A DNA stretch of 43,906 nucleotides from Albugo candida (lineage: Eukaryota). Under the pieces are notes generated by a model. That model was not told the origin of the DNA, searched no databases, and worked only from the letters and a program-made list of their open reading frames with translations. A program made the translations under genes and the position numbers. Positions 12,576-25,495 of this stretch are shown here, one piece after another (the first letter of the stretch is position 1; every line of letters begins with the position of its first letter). The stretch covers positions 1,054,001 through 1,097,906 of the forward strand of contig JBDOQK010000001.1 in assembly GCA_040437565.1 (NCBI GenBank), given 5' to 3'.

Positions 12576-14761
12576 TTACCTCCATGTGCTGGTTGAATCG
12601 TTGTTATCGCAAATACTCGTTTGAGAAATCAAAGATCGAGCCTGCTCAAACATGTCGGTACATTTGAACTCATATGTACGGCTATTCAGCGTACATGCAA
12701 GTAATTCAAAAACGTATCTATCCTCGCAATTGCTCAAATGTTTCGAAGTGATCGAAAGATCCCGCACGATTAATCGAGTCGCACTTGTTTTCGCAATACT
12801 GTGTACTTGTGTACAATTACCAATGGCATTAATTTGGTTACGGATGCACCAGGAGTTCTCAAATCAGGTATATTACAGCTAGATTCTTTTCGTTCATAAT
12901 GCCTCGATTCAATTTCCCTTCAGTGTGCTACCTGAAAAGTATTAGGACAAAAGCACAATCAGGAACCAAGAGAATCCAAGACAATTGATTATCTCCCGGT
13001 TCAACAAATATGCAGCAGTCCTTGAAATGTTCCTATGTATCCGTGCTACTATAGATTGTACAAGTTGCCGAAAAGTCTGCTTAATTTGACAACTTCCGTA
13101 GCAAAAATTGGTCATTTGTATCAAATGATAGTAGAACTTGAGTGCCTCCAATGCCGTACATACCACTAAGGCGAAAAACCGCCCTAGACTAAACGAATGA
13201 TTCGTCAATCCCTTTGCACTGAGATGTTTCTCCATTCTCAACTTGTCGGCCACTACATAATCCTTATTTTGATTGAACAGGTTTGATATTCCAAATCGAT
13301 AGTTCGCAACAAGCAAATGCTCTAGTGTCCAATTGGGCTGACGTGAACCGTCCCTCCAGTCTAAGTGAGGTGCAACGTTTTTCCCCAGCACAGACGGCAG
13401 AGCAAGCGGATCTCACCCCGGAGGACATTGGTTTGATCCCCTGTGATATGGGCAGCGTTTTGAGCGCAAGCAAAAGCCTGAAAAACATTTGTCTCCCCAG
13501 CTTTGATGCAAGACTTCAGTGATATTCCACAGTCACGTATTAATGATACGATAGTTAATGTAGTAATAGTGCAATAAAATCCTCTCAATCCCAGTGAGAT
13601 ATCCCAGGACGGCTCTGGTGTTAGTACTTCTGCTTCATTACAGGCAGGGGATATTGTCTCCAAAAACGCGGACAAGAGAAAGATATACCGACCTGAACGG
13701 ACCTTTTATAGTCTTGAGAGTCTTCCGGGAGAACAAATTCGAGCGAAAGCGCTGTGCTACGATTTGATACCGACTTAGAACACCAGAGTGGTGGTCCTTG
13801 AACGCAGCAAGACCTTTCAAGATACTCAAGGTCACCTTTTAATATTTTGGAACGGGTCAAAGCCCTTTCGAGCCCTGATGCGAGATCATGACTACCAAGT
13901 ACTGAAAACTAAATCTATCAACGCTTGGAAATAGAAAACGCCCGGCGGCAACATTTATGTGATGTTATAACGGAAGATGAATGTCAACAGCTGGAGTGCC
14001 AGCCGGTGACCCTTGGGGGCACAAGCTTTGTACGGAAAAATGATTCTCTCGAATCCAAATGATTTCTCGATGTATTCGTCGTGGGCAGTGGTATTTGATA
14101 CTTTCAAAAAGCTATCCAGGGCAAGGGAGCCGTGATGATCATGTGGAGAGTGTACTTTGGCACTCATACGTGACCTCCGCAGTTGATCAGTTCGGCAAGT
14201 ATGTGAGCAAATACTGCATAAGGGAAGCTATCATATCCTATAAGAGGGAGAAATACTCCAATCCTTTCGGAACGAGTACGTTTCGGTTTACGTGGTCCGT
14301 ATTACTTCGGCTTAGAGGCTGAAGCAGCATCATATACAATATCAAGTTCTGCTTAACAAAGCAGCCTTGGTGGCTTCCGTTAAGTCCAATGTTTCGGCTC
14401 AACATCAGAATATCGTGGTGGGGATATTTGAACAAAAGACTCATATGAATCTTATTGGAGTTCAAATCCCCCCATATCACATCATCAGAATCTTCCATCT
14501 TTGCTCCTATAACACTTCCACTCTTTCAGTCGGAGGCAAGTATAAGGTCGCCAGCATCTCGCGATGGAGATGAGCTCATGCATTTTCATGCAGCTTGATC
14601 GTCAATAGTAGGCATCCCACCCATCGAGACATTTTAGCACATGCGGTTGAAGCGTGACCTCAAGTGCTTCTTCTTTTTGCGCATTAGCGATTGATTCTGT
14701 GTGCTTTCGTCTATGGAGGTAGAGCTAGAGAAAAGTGAAGATGGAACCAATTTTGGCGCAT
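12576..14761 (-). pseudogene. Possible decayed Cys-rich gene (effector-like remnant)
   Basis: A chain of overlapping minus-strand ORF fragments in changing frames, with CxxxC-type pairs (RSACSAVC, FCYGSCQI). No consistent splice model found. Family assignment is inference only. Confidence 0.3.
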
Positions 14762-14980
14762 GAAAAAGGACTCGATATATTTCAATGAACACAATGATGC
14801 CGACGACACTATATATAACGAAGTACAACTACTTCTCAGTGCTGAAAAATGGAAAGTAGTATTAAGAGTTCAAAACACTGCTAAAATGAATGTGTAAATA
14901 TCCTCATAAACTGATCACTCCTTCCAGATAGTTCGAAGTCCACTGCCCATGGCCAGTTTCCCTTTTAACGACACACATAA

Positions 14981-15439
14981 TGTTAGCAAATGCGTAGTGT
15001 TGGCGGTGGTAAAATGAATACTAAACTACATTTAGGTCCTTAGTCGCAAACTCTCTTGCTACTCTAAGCCTACTGGATTCTTCGACTATACCTTGATAAT
15101 TTTCCATACCGCGCATTACTAATCGTAGTCTCGCATTAGATCGCGCCTGGCCGCGCGTCAGTAATCCTGTGCCGTTCCAACATGCATGTGAGCTACTCGA
15201 TGAGGTTAAATCAAAGTGGAAGCTCCAATGATCCTTCATGTCGACAAGCAGGCGGAGATTAATCAGATCATCGGCGAGGCCAGCTCGGGAAGAGCGAAAC
15301 ACATCGCGGAAAGGCGCAATTTCGTAAAGGATTGCAGCAAGAAGGGAGTGATCAACGTGGTGTATTGCGAGTCTAAAATATTGCTGACTGACGTGCTCAC
15401 CATAGCGTAATCTGACAACAGCACACACCTCGTCAAACA
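14981..15439 (-). repeat. 3' LTR of copia element A, containing a ~213-bp insert
   Basis: Aligns to 20218-20471 except for the insert at 15191-15403. Adjacent to the PPT. Confidence 0.88.
15191..15403 (+). pseudogene. Copia RNase H fragment inserted antisense within the LTR
   Basis: The plus strand translates to PMILHVDKQAEINQIIGEASSGRAKHIAERRNFVKD...YCESKILLTDVLT. This is homologous to, but diverged from, the element's own PMKMHVDNQAAIHQIEGEALSMRAKHIDARLKFVKD...YVQSELMLSNLLT on the minus strand. Confidence 0.85.
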
Positions 15440-16231
15440 CTCCTCCTTACGATCGTATCATTGTCACCTTAGCTAGTGTAAACCCACTAGCGGTCGCAGC
15501 TTGGCGAGCTTGTGCTTGTCTTATGCCTTGGTCAATAGGTTAGAAAGCATGAGCTCGGACTGAACGTAGCATGGCTCCAGTATGCCACGATTGGCAAAGT
15601 CCTTTACAAACTTGAGGCGAGCATCGATATGTTTTGCTCTCATGGACAAAGCCTCACCCTCAATTTGGTGGATAGCCGCTTGATTATCCACATGCATCTT
15701 CATGGGCAGAGACGGTGCAAGCCCCACTTCCATCAGCATTTCCTTATCCCAAGGAGCTCGCGCGCCATTTCGGACGCTGCCACAAACTCGGCCTCCATCG
15801 TCGAAATCGACACTCTTCCTTGCTTTTTCGCCGACCAGCTCACGGGTATTCCATTGAACAACACCATCGCTCCAGATAGGGACTTGTTGTCATCCTTGTC
15901 CTCTGCGAAGTACGCATCGCTATATGACTCTAGCGTAAGAGCATCTTCACCATCAGCACCGGCACGTATCTCGAGCCTTATATTCTTGATTCCCGAAAGG
16001 TACCTTGCAATTCTCTTGGCCAATTTCCAGTCTTGCTCCTGCGGCTGATGAGTTTGACGCGTTTCCTTGTGCACCGCAAACGTGATGTCTGGGGGAGTGC
16101 ACCTCGCGACCCACAACACACTTCCAACGAGGGACTGAAACGACCGGATTGACGGTTTTCCAGGTTCTGCGTCCTTCGAAATCAGTATACTTTCCGCTCT
16201 GGCTACGTCATAGCACTACTCCTCGATCGGT

Positions 16232-16787
16232 GTACGCGTTGGATTCGCCGACGCCAAACCGTGTTCCCGGAGCAATTTTTGTATCGTCTCCTCCTGATCC
16301 AGAGCATAGAAGTGCGCATCGAGCGACTTAACTCGAATTCCTAGAAATTTGAACACATCTCCCAGGTTCTTCATTGAAAGCGATTCCATTGCTGTAAAAA
16401 ACCAATCGACCGAGGTAGCCTTTGTCGCCGTGACTAGGATTTGTCGACGTACACGCCAANNNNNNNNNNNNNNNNNNNNNNNNNNNNNNNNNNNNNNNNN
16501 NNNNNNNNNNNNNNNNNNNNNNNNNNNNNNNNNNNNNNNNNNNNNNNNNNNNNNNNNNNGTACGCGTTGGATTCGCCGACGCCAAACCGTGTTCCCGGAG
16601 CAATTTTTGTATCGTCTCCTCCTGATCCAGAGCATAGAAGTGCGCATCGAGCGACTTAACTCGAATTCCTAGAAATTTGAACACATCTCCCAGGTTCTTC
16701 ATTGAAAGCGATTCCATTGCTGTAAAAAACCAATCGACCGAGGTAGCCTTTGTCGCCGTGACTAGGATTTGTCGACGTACACGCCAA
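16232..16787. repeat. Direct duplication 16232-16459 = 16560-16787 across a 100-N gap (artefact)
   Basis: The same 228 bp appear on both sides of the gap at 16460-16559. Confidence 0.9.
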
Positions 16788-19700
16788 CTACAGTCATATC
16801 ATCACCGTCGCGTTTGTAGTACAACCATAAATCACTGATGCACTCTTCAAATCCTGACTCCTTGAGTCTCGTATGCAACAGCTGGCTCCATAATCTTCCC
16901 ACCTGTTTTAACCCATACAGGCTTTTCTTCAACTCGAGTGCGACTTTCAATTGCCCTGGACACTCCAAGCTCCTTGAGGTTTTCGTCCTTGATCTTCATG
17001 CCTCTTGGTACGTGTAGCAATATCTCCAAATGCTCCTCTTTGTTAGCCTTTACATAGGCATTTGGAATGTCGCCATGTTTTGCAGGCGCACCCCATGTCG
17101 CCGCAAGTCCCAGCATCACTTTCATCGTTGACGTGTCCATAACGGCGGTGAAGGTCACTGAGTAGTCAGCACCAAAGAATTGTTTATTTCCGCATGCAAC
17201 GAGTCGTGCCTTGAGCCGGTCCACTGCACCGTTTTCGTCTTTCTTGGTCTTGTACACCCACTGTGCTGTGCAACATTTTTGCAGAGGCTGGTCGCTTGAT
17301 CACGTTCCAAACTTCGTTGGACTCAAGCGCCTGAATTTCTTCAAGCATTGCCTTGCTACAACCTTCAGCCTTTGGGCTGAGCATCGCCTCAGCGTGCGTC
17401 TTCGGGTCAGGCTCGTATACTTGTAGCACGGTGGCTATATCAATCTTCGTAGACATTCCTTCTTGCTTCGACTGCTTAGTTGACCTACGTGCGGAATAGG
17501 GGTCACGCGTCCACTTCTTAAGCTTCCCTTGCCCTGAGTTTTGGTTGCTCGCTCTGCAACTCCGAAAGCGTTTGAATATTCTTGACGTGTTGCGTCACAA
17601 CGACGACGTTGTCCTTGCGTATATATACTCGATAGCCTTTGGTCTCGTCGCTGCGCCCGACGATCATGCCAACCCGGGCTCGATGCGCGAGTGAATTCTT
17701 CTTCAGGTCGCGGTATACGGTACACATGGAGTCAAATCAACGATACCGCGTAGATATGGAACTTGCTGAGTCAGCACCTCGATTGGGGATGCACGATTGT
17801 GGTTCGATTTTGTAGAACTGCGATTTAATATGTACGCCGAGTACTCAAACGCGTCACCCCAGAAATACAGCGGGAGGGCGCTTCCGAATATCATCGAGCG
17901 CGCCATATTTAACACCGTACGGTGCATGCGCTCTACTTTGCCATTTGACGCTTGATTTCACGCCTCGCTGACCTGTCTCGTCACGCCGGTTGTTTTGCAT
18001 AGTAAATCCACGTCTAATACTCACCGCCGCCATCGGTTCGAATAACATGTACCCGGCAATTGAAACGTTTCTCGAAGAACGTCAAGAACTCCTTGAACTT
18101 CCGTACCTCTTGGTCCTTGGTACGCGCGAGGAAATGCGACAGTAGTTATACATGTGATTAACAAAATTGATGAGGTACCGATTTCCCATTCGGTCCTTTG
18201 GTGTCATCGGTCCTTTTAGGTCCGAGCAAACCACACCACCAATGCGATTAATCGGTGTGTTACCCCCGGTGTCTTTTCTGGGCTGCACAATTTTGGTCTG
18301 TTTTGCTTGCGCACACGTGACACATGTCTTTCGTTGATGATCAGTAATTCTTAGCTTGGATCTAGGCTCACGTGACATTAGTTCAATTGTGTCATAGGAG
18401 AGGTGACCTAGGCGTTGATGAAAGTGCATTTGGGTCCTTGCATGCACACCTACATCACCTTCCCGCTCATTCGCTTTGTCGGTTGTAGTAATAACCTGGC
18501 CGACCTCTTTTGGACCTCTTATCACGTCCTTGGTCTTCAGAACTAACACATTGTTATGCATCGCCACGTCGAATATAACGTCCCCGGTAGTAACGATATA
18601 ATCGATCGCTGAGCATCCTTGTATTCGAGCGCGTAGCCTTTTAGCTCAAATATGCCAAATGACACGATATTGCGAGTCAGCATCGGTGCATAGTAGACTT
18701 CAGTAAGTCGAATTTTAGTTGGTCTTCCGCGTGCCATCACGCGAAAAACCACACTTCCGACCATTGTTAGCTGAAGCGGTTTTTCATCGGCGACCAAACA
18801 TTTGTCTTCACACTTGCGGGCATTATCGAGCAGTGCGCTATTATTCAGCAGGTGTCTGAGGGAACCGCTATCCAGGATCCATGAATCATTTTAGGCCTTG
18901 GCATCTTGTACACACAGCGTGTAGTTGATAAAATCCTTGGTTTTAGTGTTGTTTCGTCAAGCTCCCTTGGCATCATTAGCTCTCTTCGTCTTCTTCCTTT
19001 CTTCAGGACAGACCTAATGGATGTGCCCGACCTTGCCACACCCAAAACACGTGCGCGTGTCAACGAGTGGCTTATGTTCGGAAACATGGGAAACTACGTC
19101 CTTACCAAACGAAGCAGCGCTTCGAGTATCCAACTCCGCAGACTGCACGGAATGCGCGAGCTCTTTGGCTTGTCCAAGGTAATCAACCCGTTGCGTGTAT
19201 TCATCTAAAGCGGACAAGTCGTCCGACTTTCTCCTCTTTCTACTGGACTTGGTGGTCGTACTTGGCCATAAGTACCGTGTGGAGCTCACTTGATGCACAC
19301 TACACATTGTTGTCCAGCACCTGCGCGTCAGCGCCACCACATGCATCACTCACCGCCACCAAGTAGAGGAAATGCTCGGGCCAGCTCCTCTTGGAGTATT
19401 TCTTTGCCGTGAACAGTTTTATCGACTGTGAAGCAGTGACAGTAGTCTTAGACGTCTGATGTAAGCGTTCCATTACGTGCGCGAGAGTCGAAATCTGTCT
19501 TCACCAAGTCTCGACCTGCTTGTTGTAGTACCGCTCAGCGATACCACTCAGATAGTGCCCGAGCAGGCCCCGTCTTCACGTCTTCTGACCTGCCTCATGA
19601 ATGTCCTGTCCCAATCTAGGAAATCGGAACCCAATCCTCGATACAGCTCTGAGCCATCAAACTTTCGAATCGTCAGTCTTCGTTGACGCTCATCCGGTAC

Positions 19701-20217
19701 CCACATTGCATGCTGAGCGTCCTGCTCCATGCGGCGCGCGTATTATTGCGATGCCGCGTAATCCATGTTCGAATACGGAGTACGAACCGGTGGTGCTGCT
19801 TGCGCTGTTCGCCATTCTGGCTGAACCGAGTCTCTTCGTGCACCATGCTGTAGCATCTTCGGCTGACCTTGGCCAACTCCTGGACGCACCGGTGAATGGC
19901 CGAGCGCATCGATGTGCATTGGTGCACCACCGCGACCTTGTCCCAGCACTGATAGGAACATCCCTGACTCGATCGCGCCTATGATCTTTTCGTCTTCATC
20001 GCGATTCAGCTGCGAGACCTCCATCTGCGTCATCCACGCTTGGAGGGCGTTGAGGGCCGCGAGTATTTTGGTGCTGACGTCATCGTTCCTTTCGTGGACC
20101 ATCGCTTCACCTTGAACTACCGCTGGAGACGCCGTGGCCCTTTAGAGGCCGGCGTCAAAGCCGACTGGAGTTGGTGGGTTTGGCGCGCCGTTAGAACTAG
20201 TCTTTGGGCTCATAACC

Positions 20218-20471
20218 TGTTAGCGAATGCGTAGTATTGGTGGTGGTAAAATGAATACTAAAGTATATCTAGGTCCTTAGTTCGCAAACTCTCTTGCTAC
20301 CCTGAGCCTACTGGATTCTTCGACTATACCTTGATAATTTTCCACACCGTGCATTACTAATCGTATAGTAGCGCATAAGAAATCCCCTGGCCGCGCGCCA
20401 GTAATCCTGTGCCGTTACTAACATGCATTGTGCGAAAGCGTAACCTGACAACAGCACACCCTTTTTCAGCA
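20218..20471 (-). repeat. 5' LTR of copia element A (254 bp)
   Basis: Reads TGTTAGC...CAGCA on the plus strand, directly adjoins the PBS, and is homologous to 14981-15439. Confidence 0.9.
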
Positions 20472-23295
20472 CATTAGCGTAGTAATTCCTAATCCTCTAC
20501 ACTCCCCTTCAACTTGCACTCTCGCGAATTCCACTTTCATTGCGTAGTTGCAGTAATTGTGGTGCACCAAGTGGCTTCTTCAAATAGTCAGCAAGTTTCA
20601 TAGCTGACGGAATTTGCTTGAGCTGCATCTCGCCTTGTTCAACGTGTTCCCGAACGAAATGCATGCTGAGGTCAATGGGTTTAGCTCTTGACGTGTATCC
20701 TTGATTCGTCGAAATACTTATCGCTTGTTGTCCATGTGCACTGTAGTCGCGGTCTTGCAAATGACACCCATCTCTTTGAGCAAATAACGAATCCATATAA
20801 TTTCTCGTGTAGCTAGGGGCAGTGCCAAGCTAGGGGCAGTGACATATATTCCGCTTCAGTAGATGATAAAGCTACCGAAGTTCGGCGTTTGCTTTTATAT
20901 ACGACAATTGCGCCATCGAGCAAAATCATTACACCAGATGTAGATCGACGAGCCTTCTTGTTATTTCCCCTCCATAATATAGTATAAAACGCGTAAAGCC
21001 GCACACCAGTGCATCAGCCGTCGCTGGTCCAAGTACTGCGATAAAACTGACATCGCATAGATAATATCTGGTCGCGTTGAGTTCGCAATGTAAAACAGTG
21101 AACCGACCAGTTTGCGATACGAGGTGCTATCTTTAAGCACTGGGTGTGGCTCATTAGAAGTTAAGTCTTGGGCTGTATAGATAAGATTGCGAACTGCATA
21201 GGCTCCACTTTGATCAAACTTTTAAAATAAAAATTTATCAAGTTTTCTTCGAGACCAACTTCACAATAATTTGGAACTGTTTTAAGACCAACTCATCTTT
21301 TTCTTGTGAATAATCCACTTCCATGCCCAAAATAAACCGCGCAGCTCCAAGTGACTTGACAGTAAAATGAACTGGTAATTCCTTGAAAATCGTGTCTTCC
21401 AACACGGAGTTCATCCCCATAGAAGACTATCTATGTGGGTGACTTGATCTTTGCATGATTGCATCGAAAAAAAATATATGTGCCTGCTCGAAATTGTTTG
21501 AATCCCATGGTAGACAACACGGAGCATATTTTCTTGTGCCAGACCGCAGCCGCTTGCTTCAATCTATATAAACTGCGTCGTAATTTGCTCACCATTCCAG
21601 GTGCAATCTCAGCTCCAAGGGGTGGCTCCATGAAAACTTCTTCCAAATCACTATTTAGAAACGCCGTTTCCACGTCAAATTTCCGGATTACATATTGCAC
21701 TATGCAACAAACCGACAGAAACAGGCGAATCGTATTTGAGCATGCAACAGGTGAATGTGTGTCTAAATGATCAAAGCCATGAGTTTGTAAATATCCGAGG
21801 ACAACCAAACGCGCTTTGTAATGAACGATGTGACTGTTCTCATCGTACTTATGCCCAAATACCCCCTTGTGACCTATAAACTTGACACCCGAAGGACGGT
21901 AGATAACGTTCCATGTGCGGTTCTTACGGTGAGCTTTAAGTCCGCTTGACTAGTTTCTTTCCATTTTTCTGCGTTCGTTGACTACAACGTTTCTCGGAAA
22001 TTCATCGGTACATCAGTGGTAGAAAGCAAGAATTCGTAATCGTCAACACATTGACGTTTGGTTTCCGGCTCGATTCGCTCGCTGTACACCGGCGATCCAT
22101 CAGTCAGGAGTGGTAAGTTAGCAATATCATCGTCAAAACTATCCTTAATGAGTAGATGAGATGGTATAGATGAACTATGAGACCTTTTGCTCGACCCCGA
22201 GTATATCTCAAATCGGGTATCTGGGGTGGGGTGGGGGTGGAAATCCTCACAATGTACAATAGCTCGTGACGGATCAGGTATTGCGTTGATTGGTTGTATA
22301 TCTGTGCGCCCCGTCAATCGGAACCATTGCTAAGGTGTGTGACTGATTGAGATTTTCAGACGCATCCACAACCATGTCTTCCCAGCTAGTATCCATGTCA
22401 GTGGTGTCATCGACGTCCATACCCTCTACATCTCTATTATTGTTCGAATCAGGTACGCCTACCTTCAATTCATCATTTTCATCATGGCAACGTTTGCATT
22501 GAGCAGAAGAAGCACTTGAAACAACATCATCTTTGTACCGAATTGGAGGTCGCTCGTCTAACGTAACGGACCTAGTTATTACCAATTGTTCTCTCACCAG
22601 ATCCTATACTCGGTATGCCTTTGATGTGTCCGAATACCCAAGAATTATACAATTGTTTGTTTTGCTGTCCCATTTAGTTCGCTTGCAATCCCCGACTCGT
22701 AGATATCCAGTAAAACCAAGTACACGAAAAGAACTTAGGTTTGGGTTCGAGCAATACAGCGTTTCATGTGGAATAGTGTTAGATCGCGCAGTATTCGGAA
22801 TTCGATTGATGGTGTAGGAGCCGTCATAATCGCTTCACCCCACCAGATACGATCCATTTCCATGTGGTACATAATCGAGCGGGCCATCTCGAAAAAGATC
22901 TGATTTATTCTCTTAGCTGACCCGTTTTATTGCGGATTGTATGACACGCTTATCTGGTGGAAAGTACCTTGATCTGCACAGTACTTGTTGAAACGATGAT
23001 TTGTATACTCCCCATCATTGCCGCTTAAGATGCACTTAATCTTTCAATCCGTTTGCGTCTCCACCATAACATAAAACTACTTAAATCGTTCAAAATTGGG
23101 ACTTTGCTGCTAGCAAGTAGACGTAGACAAATCGGCTGTAGCCGTCAATGAATGTGAGGACGTATAGAGCCCCACCCTTCGACTTCGGGCTCATTGGTCT
23201 CATACGATCACTGTGTACGATTTTAAGTGTTCGACTCGTTTTTACTTCGCTGCCTCAGGTATGACTGAACAGATTGTTAGTCATTTTCCCACGTG

Positions 23296-24533
23296 CACAT
23301 CCATCACATACACCGCCATCAGACGCAACGACACCTGAAACACCATCGCAAGCCTTTATCGCTTGCAAGATCTTTTTTGTAGACACATGACCTAGGCGAG
23401 CATGCCATAGTCCACTAGTTTCATATCTTGTAGCTCTGCTCTCAGCCTTCTGTGCCTTCGATGTACCATGCTGTTTCACATTCCACGCAAACATCTTTCC
23501 CACTCATTTAATTACTTCTACAGTCACTTCGTTACTCCTCAGTACTGCTTGATCGCGCTTAAACTGAACCAGCACGCCTTGGGCCGTCAACGCTGGTACA
23601 GAAACAGGTTTCTTTTCTAGTCCAGGTGCATGTAACACCTCTGTTAGCTAGAATTTTCGACCATTATCGAGTATAAATCGCACTGTGCCTGCTCCTATTG
23701 CCTTTACGTGCTGTCCATTCGCCACAGTGATGCAAAGTGGGATACTCAAATCTTCATATTTCACGAATTCACGCTTGTCACCAGACATGTGACGACTAGC
23801 CCCACTATCCAGCAGCCAAGTCGAACTCGAGATTGTTTCGTCAATAAAAGGAAATACATCACCANNNNNNNNNNNNNNNNNNNNNNNNNNNNNNNNNNNN
23901 NNNNNNNNNNNNNNNNNNNNNNNNNNNNNNNNNNNNNNNNNNNNNNNNNNNNNNNNNNNNNNNNCACATCCATCACATACACCGCCATCAGACGCAACGA
24001 CACCTGAAACACCATCGCAAGCCTTTATCGCTTGCAAGATCTTTTTTGTAGACACATGACCTAGGCGAGCATGCCATAGTCCACTAGTTTCATATCTTGT
24101 AGCTCTGCTCTCAGCCTTCTGTGCCTTCGATGTACCATGCTGTTTCACATTCCACGCAAACATCTTTCCCACTCATTTAATTACTTCTACAGTCACTTCG
24201 TTACTCCTCAGTACTGCTTGATCGCGCTTAAACTGAACCAGCACGCCTTGGGCCGTCAACGCTGGTACAGAAACAGGTTTCTTTTCTAGTCCAGGTGCAT
24301 GTAACACCTCTGTTAGCTAGAATTTTCGACCATTATCGAGTATAAATCGCACTGTGCCTGCTCCTATTGCCTTTACGTGCTGTCCATTCGCCACAGTGAT
24401 GCAAAGTGGGATACTCAAATCTTCATATTTCACGAATTCACGCTTGTCACCAGACATGTGACGACTAGCCCCACTATCCAGCAGCCAAGTCGAACTCGAG
24501 ATTGTTTCGTCAATAAAAGGAAATACATCACCA
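23296..24533. repeat. Direct duplication 23296-23864 = 23965-24533 across a 100-N gap (artefact)
   Basis: The same 569 bp appear on both sides of the gap at 23865-23964, duplicating the protease and pre-integrase ORF fragments. Confidence 0.9.
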
Positions 24534-25301
24534 ATTCTCGATGGTATCACGCTGGGACACTGCGATCTTTTGTGACCGTTGCGTCCACATCCAAAACACT
24601 TGCCTTGAAAAATAGCGTTAGCATCTCCTGTTCTAGAATTCTGGTGGCGAAATCTATGTTCTTCTTGTCCACAGTGTCCTCGGTTTCCTTGAAAGCATCG
24701 AGGTTCATTGCGCGGAGAATTTTCCTTTAAAGCGGTTTCCTTCTTGTCTCGCCTCTGAAGTGTATCATACTCCCGGCGGAGTATCTCTTTCGCGTCCAGC
24801 AGTGTCAAGTTGCTGTGTGCCTCAATAATGCGTACCATATCATCATATTAGGCTGATAAACTTCCCAAAGGTAAAACCAGCTTTTTATCATAATCCATGC
24901 TGTCACCGGCAACCCTGAGCTTTAAAAACACAGCTCATCAAAATTTAGTAGATGATGCATAAGACTTACACCAGTATCCAACACAAATTCATGTAGTTGC
25001 TTTAGATGTTGCACTCGGTCGTTAAGGCTTTTCTTCGCAAAGAACGTCTTTAGAGCCTCCTAAGCCTCAATAGCCAAATCACATTCCCGAACCATACACT
25101 GATAGGTTGGAGAGAGCAGCTTCACCAGTACAGCCAATTTCTTTATGTTGGCGACTTTCCATTCGGGATGCTCCTGTCCCACTGCCGGCTCTGGTTGGTC
25201 ATAACCTTGCGCCAGAGGGTCATGCGTGCATTAAATTCTCACATGAAGTAGTTGTCATCCGTTAGGATGTCATTGGGAGATAATGTATTTGGGCTTATAA
25301 T

Positions 25302-25495
25302 TTATAACGAAAGCACAACTACTTCTCAGTGCTGTAAAATGAAAAGTAGTATTAAGAGCTGAAAAGACTGCTAAGAATGGATGTAACAACCCCATCATAA
25401 ACTGATCAATCTTTTTAGATAGTTCGAAGACCATTGTCCATGCAAGTTTCCCTTTTCACGACACACATAACCGTCGTGATTCGTAATGCTCTACA
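25302..25495 (-). repeat. 5' LTR of copia element B
   Basis: ACAACTACTTCTCAGTGCTG...ACGACACACATAA matches 14825-14980. The last 25 nt (...TAATGCTCTACA) match 20477-20501. Confidence 0.85.

Larger units (their letters stand above)
9067..13118. repeat. Direct duplication 9067-11042 = 11143-13118 across a 100-N gap (contig-overlap artefact)
   Basis: Sequence after the gap (GCACTACCATATCC...) restarts at 9067. Sequence before the gap (...GGTCATTTG) recurs ending at 13118. The ORF track is repeated exactly. Confidence 0.92.
14981..20471 (-). mobile_element. Degenerate Ty1/copia LTR retrotransposon (inner element A)
   Basis: LTRs at 20218-20471 and 14981-15439 (TG...CA), PBS GGTTATGAGCCC at 20217-20206, PPT AAGGAGGAG at 15448-15440, imperfect TSD CATAA/CATTA. 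Domains: gag (IRKFDGSELY; CFGCGKVGH), FHQRLGH and CVTCAQAKQ, integrase (CSDLKGPM), RT (RLKARLVACG, KSLYGLKQ, VGVYVD) and RNase H (STMEAEFVA, RAKHID). Confidence 0.93.
14812..25495 (-). mobile_element. Degenerate Ty1/copia LTR retrotransposon (outer element B), its 3' LTR split by element A
   Basis: 5' LTR ~25302-25495 matches the split 3' LTR (~14812-14980 plus 20477-20501). Degenerate PBS at 25291-25302 and PPT at 20502-20510. Domains appear in copia order on the minus strand: gag (ILTDDNYF; CFGCGRNGHKRSQC), protease (WLLDSGASRHM), GAG-pre-integrase (LWHARLGH), integrase, RT (FDVETAFLN, LRRSLYRLKQA) and RNase H (SSTEAEY, RAKPIDL). Many stops and frameshifts. Confidence 0.9.

Noticed and set aside
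15021-15440. 139-aa minus-strand ORF as an extra (env-like) copia gene
   Set aside because: It lies almost entirely within the 3' LTR and is mostly the antisense reading of the captured RNase H fragment. The 5' LTR has no counterpart.
19206-19230. Hairpin AAAGCGGAC-AAGTC-GTCCGACTTT as a terminator or frameshift signal
   Set aside because: A single short imperfect stem inside decayed gag of a eukaryotic element, with no supporting context.
20811-20843. 17-bp tandem duplication AGCTAGGGGCAGTG(C/A)CA (and a 10-bp CATCTATTAC duplication near 32006-32025)
   Set aside because: Ordinary slippage mutations in dead elements, not an array.
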